This document shows positions 57,596 to 64,000 of a DNA stretch of 64,000 bases, in pieces. How positions within the stretch are numbered: position 1 is the stretch's first letter; every line of letters starts with the position of its first letter. The notes below the pieces were generated by a model. That model was given only the letters and a program-made list of their open reading frames with translations, had not been told where the DNA came from and searched no databases. Origin of the DNA: Armatimonadota bacterium (GTDB taxonomy: Bacteria > Armatimonadota > SYMT01); contig JBKBRF010000023.1 in the NCBI GenBank assembly GCA_046292385.1, forward strand, positions 45,031 to 109,030. The letters run 5' to 3'. The position numbers were made by a program, and so were the translations under genes.

Positions 57596-58579
57596 TTGAG
57601 TCGTTCCACGCCCCCTCGTCGTCCCCTCCGGAAGCGCAACACCCGCCGCCGCGCCCGCCTCTGGTTCGGCGCCTTCGGGATCGCGGGTGGTCTGCTGGCC
57701 GGCGGGATGCTCCTGCCGCGCTGGCTGTTTCCACCCGCCAGGCCCGCTCACGGCATGGCGGTCGCCCAGGCCGCGGCCGGACAGGCTCAGCCGGCGGTCG
57801 CTACGCCTCCCGCCGCAACTCCCGAGACGATGCAGCGGCTCCAGGAGGAGCTGGACGCGATGGCGGCGGAAGCGCCGGCTCGCGACGTCGGCATCTACGT
57901 TCAGGACGTGGAGACCGGCCTCTCCGCCGGGGTGAACCCGAACCGGCTCTTCATCGCGGCGAGCCTGATCAAGCTGCCGGTGATGGCCGCCGCCTTCGAG
58001 CACTGGGAGCAGCGGCCGGAGCGGAAGACGAAGAACGCGCTCACCTGGATGGAATGGATGATGACGGTGAGCGACAACGCCAGCACCGACCGCCTGATCG
58101 ACATGGTCGGCGGCCCGGAGATCGTTACCGCCGGCTGCGCGGAGCGCGGGTGGGACAACCTGAAGGTGCGTCACGCCATCATCAACCACCGCGGCCGGCG
58201 CGGCTCAAACGAGTGCACCGCGCGCGAGGTGGCGGAGTTCCTGGTGGCGCTCGACAAGCGGGAGCTGGTGAGCCCCGAGGCCGACCAGGAGATGTGGGAG
58301 ATCATGACGCGCAGCCGGAAGCTGGCGCGCATCCCCGCCGGCATCCCGAAGCTGCCGGGAGTGGAGGTGGGAAACAAGACCGGCACGCTCGGCTACGTGC
58401 TCCACGACGCCGCCATCGTCCGCACGCCCCGCGTCCGCTACGCGATCTGCATCCTCATCAACCGCCAGCGCAGCGAGTACCACGGCAACCGGTTCTGCCG
58501 CGACGTCTCCCGCAAGGTCTTCGAGCTGCTGCACGGCGCCGAGGAGTCCGCGTCTCTCGAAGATGCTGCGGCGCTCTGA
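57596..58579 (+). CDS. Serine hydrolase, class A beta-lactamase-like fold
   Basis: SLIK (SxxK), SDN and KTG motifs; N-terminal TM anchor; start uncertain. Confidence 0.88.
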   Translation: MSRSTPPRRPLRKRNTRRRARLWFGAFGIAGGLLAGGMLLPRWLFPPARPAHGMAVAQAAAGQAQPAVATPPAATPETMQRLQEELDAMAAEAPARDVGIYVQDVETGLSAGVNPNRLFIAASLIKLPVMAAAFEHWEQRPERKTKNALTWMEWMMTVSDNASTDRLIDMVGGPEIVTAGCAERGWDNLKVRHAIINHRGRRGSNECTAREVAEFLVALDKRELVSPEADQEMWEIMTRSRKLARIPAGIPKLPGVEVGNKTGTLGYVLHDAAIVRTPRVRYAICILINRQRSEYHGNRFCRDVSRKVFELLHGAEESASLEDAAAL

Positions 58580-58580
58580 T

Positions 58581-58612
58581 AAAGGCAAAAGGCTAAAGGC
58601 AAAAGGCTAAAG
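58581..58612. repeat. Heptamer tandem repeat AAAGGC(A/T), about 4.5 units
   Basis: AAAGGCA AAAGGCT AAAGGCA AAAGGCT AAAG directly after a stop codon. Confidence 0.8.
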
Positions 58613-58869
58613 CCGAACTTTCCGTGCACGGGAACTCCTTCACCTTCTCAGCCACGGTCTGCGCCGAGCGATGGCCGCCTCGGCGGCCGCTCTCCCACTC
58701 CGTCCCGGATCCGCGCTCCCATTCCATCCACGGGAGAGGTAGTCGGGCACGCCGCTGACCGCCCTTTCAAAAAAAGCTATACGTCTCCTATCCGGCGCCC
58801 GCACGGCGGTCTCTATTCGATTGGACGTCCGGCGGCCAGGCGGAGCTGCTTCCCTGACCGGGCGCGAGG

Positions 58870-59703
58870 ATGAGGAGCCCGATGCACGACCTGGACTGGC
58901 GCAGCGTTCCCGATAGCGACCTGGCGATCGCCGCCACGCTGGGCGAGTTCCAGGCGTTCGACGAGCTGGTGCGCCGCTTCCGGCCCGCCGTGCTCGCCGT
59001 GGCCCGGCAGATCGTGGGCCCCGCGCAGGCGGACGACCTGGCGCAAGACGCCTTTATCCTGGCGTTCAAGGCGCTGCCCCAGCTCGAGGAGCCGGAGCGG
59101 TTCGGGCCCTGGCTGGCGGCGATCACCCGTCACCGGGCGCTGCGGCAGAAGCAGCACCGCTCCAGCCGCGAGGAGACGGGGCACACGGAGATCGACCGCC
59201 TGATCATCCAGCACACGCCGAACCTGACCTGCAACCCGGCCCACGAGGTCGAGGCGGAAGCGGGCCGCGAAGAGGTGAGAGCGGCGATGGCGCGGCTGCC
59301 GGAGGAATTCCAGATCGTCCTCTGGCTCTTCTATTTCGAAGGGATGCCGGTCGCCCGCATCTCCGAGTTCCTGGTGCTGCCGGTCACCACCGTGAAGTGG
59401 CGGCTCCACCGCGGGCGACAGTTGATGAAAGAGCAGCTCGAGGCGAGCTCCGGCGAGCAGCCGGCGCGCGCAGGGAGAACGACGGATGAGCGAAGAGCAG
59501 AACACCCGGCAGGAGATCCGCCGGCTGGTCCGGATGCTGGCGGGAATCGGAAAGGCCGCGCGCGACGCGAGCCTGACCGGCCAGCTCGCGGGCGGGAGAG
59601 CGGTGGCGGTGCGCCAGTACAACGCCGTGCTGAGCCGGCTGCAGGAATTGGGCACCGTATCCGAGGCGCTCTTCTCCCGGCTGGAAGACGATGCTTCGTT
59701 TGA
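58870..59703 (+). CDS. ECF sigma-70 factor (tail overlaps the next gene)
   Basis: ADDLAQDAF, FGPWL..I and TVKWRLHRGR motifs. Confidence 0.88.
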   Translation: MRSPMHDLDWRSVPDSDLAIAATLGEFQAFDELVRRFRPAVLAVARQIVGPAQADDLAQDAFILAFKALPQLEEPERFGPWLAAITRHRALRQKQHRSSREETGHTEIDRLIIQHTPNLTCNPAHEVEAEAGREEVRAAMARLPEEFQIVLWLFYFEGMPVARISEFLVLPVTTVKWRLHRGRQLMKEQLEASSGEQPARAGRTTDERRAEHPAGDPPAGPDAGGNRKGRARREPDRPARGRESGGGAPVQRRAEPAAGIGHRIRGALLPAGRRCFV

Positions 59704-60259
59704 CGAGGTCGGTATCGCCGCGATGCAGCTTCAGGAGTTCCTCCAGGACGAGGAGGACGACCGCCCGCGGATGCGGGGCGGCATCTTCGAGGCGACTCCG
59801 GGGCACGTAAAGATCGTCGACTTCCCCGGAAACATCGGCGAGATCGGCAACCTGGTGCGGGACTACCTCCCGGACTTCATCAAGCAGCGGATGCCCCACG
59901 GCAAGGAGGGCGAGGCGGGGGAAGCGGGAGCCACTCCGTCAGCGGAGAGCAACGGCAGCACCGCCACCGCGGAAGCCCCGCCGGCGCCGGAGCCGCCGCC
60001 CGCTCCGGCTGCGACCACCCCGGAGCCTCCGGCCGCGCCGCCGCCGCCTAGCTCACCGTGGGACGTCGATCCGCTGGAGGGGGTCGCGCGCCAGTTGGAG
60101 GCGGTTGGGCTGGAGATCCGGTCGGTCTCCGCGGAAATGTCGAACGCCAACGCCAGCCCGGAGCAGGTGCAGGCGCTCGCCGCCAAGCTGAACCGCCTGA
60201 TCGAGCGACAGAGCGACCTGCTGCGGCAGCACGCGGAGCTCAGCAGCGAGGCGGTGTAG
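59486..60259 (+). CDS. Hypothetical soluble protein with Pro-rich linker and helical tail
   Basis: GGGAG RBS; host-like codon usage; follows the ECF gene. Confidence 0.75.
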   Translation: MSEEQNTRQEIRRLVRMLAGIGKAARDASLTGQLAGGRAVAVRQYNAVLSRLQELGTVSEALFSRLEDDASFDEVGIAAMQLQEFLQDEEDDRPRMRGGIFEATPGHVKIVDFPGNIGEIGNLVRDYLPDFIKQRMPHGKEGEAGEAGATPSAESNGSTATAEAPPAPEPPPAPAATTPEPPAAPPPPSSPWDVDPLEGVARQLEAVGLEIRSVSAEMSNANASPEQVQALAAKLNRLIERQSDLLRQHAELSSEAV

Positions 60260-60341
60260 GCGGAGAAGTCAGCCCCGGTTTACCGGTAGCGCTGGGGCCA
60301 GGGCTCGCACCTCGCGCCAAGGATGAACACCCACCGAAATC

Positions 60342-60500
60342 GTCATTCTGAACGCAGTGAAGAATCTCGGCAGCCGTCCTGGTCCGGAGTACGCATGCGC
60401 GTGGCGAGGAGTCGGCCTGGCGAAGCGCTCCCGAACGTGCCGGCTGACCGTGCCCCCGAAGAGCCGAGTGACGTAGATCCTTCACTCCGTTCAGGATGAC
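60342..60500. repeat. Inverted REP-like doublet (family R3)
   Basis: GTCATTCTGAACGCAGTGAAGAATCT (60342-60367) and its reverse complement at 60475-60500, 23/26 identical. Confidence 0.85.
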
Positions 60501-60596
60501 TGGGGTGGGAAGGCGGGAGCGACCGTCCATGTCGCGAGAGTTGTCCCCGCCCTGTGCGTTCCGGAGGCCAATGAGCTCGGCGCAAGCTCGCCGCGG

Positions 60597-61070
60597 CTAC
60601 GCGGCGGTGTCGATATACATCAGGATGTCGCCGCGCTGCACCAGGCGGCCGTTCTCGACCACGATCTCCAGGATCGTCCCCGCCTGCTCGGCCGGCACGT
60701 CGCTGAAGACCTTCATCGCCTCGATCAGGCCGACCACCTCGCCCTCTTCCACCTGCTGACCCACCTCCGCGAACGGCGGCGCATCGGGGGTGGCGGCGCG
60801 GTAGAAGTGACCGGTGAGCGGGGCGCGGAGCGGGACGGCCGTCTCCGGGCGCTCCGGCGCGCTCTCCTGGGCCGCCTGCTCCCCCCACACCGGAGGGGTC
60901 CAGAGGGTGTAGCGCCCCGGCGGGGTGGCTTCGTCGTCCGGGGGGCCGTACTCCACGGCGCGGAGGGTGACCTTCAGGTCGCCCTCCTGCACTTCCAGCT
61001 CTTCCAGCCCGTAGCGCGCGGCAAGCCCCATCAGCTGCTCGATGACCCGGACCTCATCCTGCTGGCTCAC
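60597..61070 (-). CDS. accB: Biotin carboxyl carrier protein
   Basis: APLTG.FYRA..P, EAMKV biotinylation motif and N-terminal L.EL.V.EGD. Confidence 0.88.
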   Translation of the reverse strand: MSQQDEVRVIEQLMGLAARYGLEELEVQEGDLKVTLRAVEYGPPDDEATPPGRYTLWTPPVWGEQAAQESAPERPETAVPLRAPLTGHFYRAATPDAPPFAEVGQQVEEGEVVGLIEAMKVFSDVPAEQAGTILEIVVENGRLVQRGDILMYIDTAA

Positions 61071-61729
61071 GCCGCCTCCTCGTTCTCTGGTCCGCCCGGC
61101 CGGTCCAGCCGGCGCAGCGCTTCCTGAATCACATCCCGCAGCTCGTCCTGGCGCAGCGCCGTCGTCAGCTCGCCGCGGGTCTTCTCGATAATACCGCGCA
61201 CCGAATCGGTGGTGCGGCGCAGCCCGCCGGTGAGCGCGTCCGGATAGTCCAGCGTCACCAGCAGGTGGTAAATCTCGTCCATCTGCGCGAGCAGCGCCTC
61301 CGCATCGCCCAGGCGACCCTGGCGCATCCGGTCGAGCGTGTGCCGGCGCATCTCCCCCACCGCCTCGCCCAGCCCGTTCAGATAGGCGGGGTACTCCACG
61401 CCCATCTCCTCCGGATCCGGCACCTCACCGCCGGAGAAGACCGCCAGCACCGCGGAGGCTTCCGCGAACTCCTTCTGGCAGTCGTGCACGTAGCCGGCGG
61501 AGTAGATCTCCGGGTGCGCTTCCAGGCGGTTGCCGAGCTGCCGCACCGCCTCTCGCGCGCCGCGCAGCATCTCTCGCGCGCGGTCCAGCTCGCCGCGGTG
61601 CGCGGCGCGGATCGTATTCGCGCAGGTGCGGATGATCTCGCGGGAGAGACCGATCGCCTCCTCGCGCGCGGCATGGCGCGCGTCCAGGACGGCGCGGATC
61701 TTCTCGCTAACGGCGTCAAGCTGTGCCAT
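61067..61729 (-). CDS. Translin/TRAX (C3PO)-family protein
   Basis: RE....SR, QKEFAEA, YLNGLGEAVGEMRR and LRR..D..R motifs; all-helical, 220 aa. Confidence 0.85.
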   Translation of the reverse strand: MAQLDAVSEKIRAVLDARHAAREEAIGLSREIIRTCANTIRAAHRGELDRAREMLRGAREAVRQLGNRLEAHPEIYSAGYVHDCQKEFAEASAVLAVFSGGEVPDPEEMGVEYPAYLNGLGEAVGEMRRHTLDRMRQGRLGDAEALLAQMDEIYHLLVTLDYPDALTGGLRRTTDSVRGIIEKTRGELTTALRQDELRDVIQEALRRLDRPGGPENEEAA

Positions 61730-61769
61730 GGATGAACGTAGGCCCTGGAACCGGGGTCAACCCGCGGCA

Positions 61770-61775
61770 ATTATA
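61770..61775 (-). promoter_or_regulatory. Candidate -10 box for the translin-accB unit
   Basis: TATAAT on the minus strand about 40 nt upstream of ATG in high-GC context; no clear -35. Confidence 0.4.
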
Positions 61776-61793
61776 CCTCTTCGCCCCGGCTGC

Positions 61794-61881
61794 AGTTGGC
61801 AGGTTGCAGGTTCGGGGTTGGCCGCACCGTAGGGCGGGGTTCGAAACTTGCTAACCTGCTAACCTGCAACCTGCAACCTGC
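61794..61881. repeat. Inverted arrays of (T)AACCTGC repeats around a GTAGGGCGGGGTTCG core
   Basis: GCAGGTT repeats on the left and AACCTGC repeats on the right; homologous to 16120-16192. Confidence 0.7.
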
Positions 61882-63312
61882 TTATGGCCGGGTCTGGGCG
61901 CGGATCCAGTTGCGGCGTAGTGCGTCCAGGTCATCCTCGGTGACCAGCTCCGCGGCGCGGCTCTGAATGGCGGCGACGAACGGTCCCAGCTCCGCCTGCA
62001 GCGCGGCTTCCTCGTCCGGGCTCACCGCCTCGCAGAAGGTCCGCACGTCGGGGCGGGTCAGGTCCCGGAAGGTGCCGTCGTCCGGCTCCGCGTCGAGGCG
62101 GTAGAAGGCGGCGACGATCTTTCCGTCGAACAGCGCCACCCGCAGCGAGCCCCGGTGGTACTTGCCGGTCTTGCGGGAGCGGATCGGGCGGGCGTCGACA
62201 TACTCCTGCAGCAGCGAGACGGTCGACTCCAGGAACGGGTACGGCGCGGAGAAGTGGAAGGTCCCGTCGCCGTGGTCGTGCACCTTGGCGCCGGGGGTCC
62301 GCAGCAGGTTGTCGAGCAGCTTGCCGCGGTAAGCGGTGATCTCTTCGTAGGAGTGCACCACCCGCGGCATCAGGAGATCGAGCGCCACCCGCTGCGTCAG
62401 GCGCTGCTTCGGCTGCCGCGCGCCGAGGGCCCGCAGCGCGGTGCGGTCGAGGAACCGCCGGCCGGGCGCCAGGCTCTGGTGGCTCGGCTTCAGCACTGCC
62501 ACCGGAAAGCCATGCGGCGACTCGAGCGCCTGCGTAAACTCCCCCACTTCCTGCGCCGTGCGCAGCCCCATTCCCACCGGGATCCAGCGCGGCAGCAGGC
62601 GCGCGGCGGGGGTGTTTTCCAGCAGCGCCGGTACCAGCCACTTGTTCTCCAGCAGGCGGTCGGTCAGGTACCCGTTGACATTGGGGAACCAGGCGGCGAA
62701 GCGGAAGTCGTCCGGGAAGCGGTCGCTGGCGCCGCTGAAGACGAGCAGGCCGATCTCCGCCGGATCGAGGATGACGGTAGTGGCGCGATCCCGGGAGCGC
62801 CGCTTGAAGCCCGCCAGGAGCAGCTTCGGGGACTCGCCGGGAAAGTCGACCCGCGCGGTGGCGCAGTAGGCAAGCTTCACCCGCTGCCGCGCCGCCAGCG
62901 GATCGAGAAACTCGCCGAGCTGCTCCAGCTCCGGAGCCGCGCCCTGCTGCCACCGCTGGCCGGGATAGGCCTGGAGGTCCGGAACCCAGTCGGTAATCGG
63001 GCAGTACGGCGCGTGCTTCTCCACCAGGTCGAAGAACGCGTCCGGGAACGGCAGGCGGGAAGCGTAGGAGTCGCAGGCGAGGAGGATCGTCCGGCCCCCC
63101 GCCAGCTCCGCCAGGCGCCTCAGCATCGGCGCCAGGCGTGCCGCCGCCGTGGAGCGCGAGCCGTACGCCTCTCCCAGGCTCTCGAGCCCACTCCCCGCGC
63201 CGCCGCGCACGTCGGTCACGCGCACGCTACCGTCCGGCGTAGGGATGCAATCAAGGGCGAAATAGCTGGGCGTCACAAGAGTAGTTTTAGCGCTCCCCTC
63301 CCGCCGCGCCAC
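61882..63312 (-). CDS. Hypothetical protein resembling a circularly permuted ATP-grasp fold
   Basis: N-terminal FALD...DG..RVTDVRGGAGSG; ENKWL, VLKP and LLQEYV motifs later in the chain. Confidence 0.55.
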   Translation of the reverse strand: MARREGSAKTTLVTPSYFALDCIPTPDGSVRVTDVRGGAGSGLESLGEAYGSRSTAAARLAPMLRRLAELAGGRTILLACDSYASRLPFPDAFFDLVEKHAPYCPITDWVPDLQAYPGQRWQQGAAPELEQLGEFLDPLAARQRVKLAYCATARVDFPGESPKLLLAGFKRRSRDRATTVILDPAEIGLLVFSGASDRFPDDFRFAAWFPNVNGYLTDRLLENKWLVPALLENTPAARLLPRWIPVGMGLRTAQEVGEFTQALESPHGFPVAVLKPSHQSLAPGRRFLDRTALRALGARQPKQRLTQRVALDLLMPRVVHSYEEITAYRGKLLDNLLRTPGAKVHDHGDGTFHFSAPYPFLESTVSLLQEYVDARPIRSRKTGKYHRGSLRVALFDGKIVAAFYRLDAEPDDGTFRDLTRPDVRTFCEAVSPDEEAALQAELGPFVAAIQSRAAELVTEDDLDALRRNWIRAQTRP

Positions 63313-63464
63313 GCCGGATTGCCCGCGAACGGCTCATTCGGGCGGTTGCGCCGCGGTCTTAGCCCCACCGGATTGGATGGGGTCGCACTCCACTCGCTCG
63401 GAGTGGTCCGCGTCACCGCCGAGGCATCCTGCAGCCGTAGATACGCGGGGGAGTCGCGAGGCAG

Positions 63465-63490
63465 CGCCTCGGACTGAAGTCGAGGCTACA
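63465..63490. repeat. REP-like element R1, first hairpin only
   Basis: CGCCTCGGACTGAAGTCGAGGCTACA. Confidence 0.8.
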
Positions 63491-63567
63491 CAGCGCGGCT
63501 AATGCCGCAACCCAGTTTAAGGCGGCGGAAGAAGGCTCGGTTAGTCGAGATCAGCATCGCGCCGAGG

Positions 63568-63772
63568 GTCCACCCCGCGCCCTCCCCGCCCGGAGCGGCC
63601 CTCCCGCGTGGGTGGCCCTCCGCGGCCCTTTCACGCTCCGGCTGCGCCTCCGCTAGCGGGCGCTGCGGGCGTGCTCCCCGACGCGCTGCGTTCCGCGTCC
63701 GTAGGCGGCGCCTGTAGCCAGATCACGGTTCACGGGCCGCTCCAGGCGGCTCAAGCGACCACCCCTCGCCAG
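63568..63772. repeat. About 300-nt structured repeat, copy E (truncated)
   Basis: Arms 63586-63601 / 63734-63749; ends mid-hairpin at GACCACCCCTCGCCA. Confidence 0.85.
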
Positions 63773-63821
63773 ATACTGTTGGCGAAATCGGAAAGCTTCT
63801 CCGGTGCCCCGCTGGCGCGGG

Positions 63822-63935
63822 GCGCGAAAGCAAGCATTCGCACTCCACAGGCTAGCCCGGAAGAGATTCCCTCTCGTCAAAAGGGAGCCGGCCTCGGTGC
63901 AGTCTGTGGAGTGCGGTGGCTTGTGTCACACGCTG
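63822..63935. repeat. Degenerate inverted pair of R2 REP-like elements
   Basis: CGCACTCCACAG (63839-63850) and CTGTGGAGTGCG (63904-63915). Confidence 0.55.
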
Positions 63936-64000
63936 TAAAGTTACGCCGCTGGTGGCGCAGGAAGGTTTTGCCGCATCGCTCGCTTGCGCGAAGGAGGCCG

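Noticed and set aside
57596..58579. Antibiotic-resistance beta-lactamase
   Set aside because: SxxK/SDN/KTG are present, but I see no class A omega-loop ExxLN; a membrane-anchored cell-wall serine hydrolase is more likely.

Overview
High-GC bacterial chromosome segment with about 60 credible CDSs and no rRNA, tRNA, CRISPR array, transposase or prophage. The gene content is compatible with a diderm such as Armatimonadota, but that assignment is an inference. Recognisable blocks are a type II secretion cluster (gspE-F-G-H-I-J-K-L-M-C-like-D, 29.7-42.1 kb), a sugar ABC transporter, two ECF sigma factors, ClC, ThuA, VIT/vWA, infA, accB and a translin/TRAX-like gene. Main finding 1: a five-gene minus-strand unit at 20.6-26.7 kb (TauC-like permease, ATPase, substrate-binding protein, ASPIC/UnbV protein, UnbU/RnfD-like membrane protein). 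Its substrate-binding gene starts at 24349 and reads through an in-frame TGA (24194-24196) in a VGFLPVT-U-HLTC (UxxxC) motif followed by a SECIS-like hairpin, so it is a probable selenoprotein that the ORF track truncates. Main finding 2: a dispersed non-coding element of about 300 nt, present as four near-full copies, one truncated copy and one fragment. It shows covarying stems and conserved cGNAg triloops, and an inverted pair of copies sits inside that same unit. Several families of short REP-like palindromes and heptamer tandem repeats fill other intergenic gaps. All calls come from reading motifs by eye; no database search was run.
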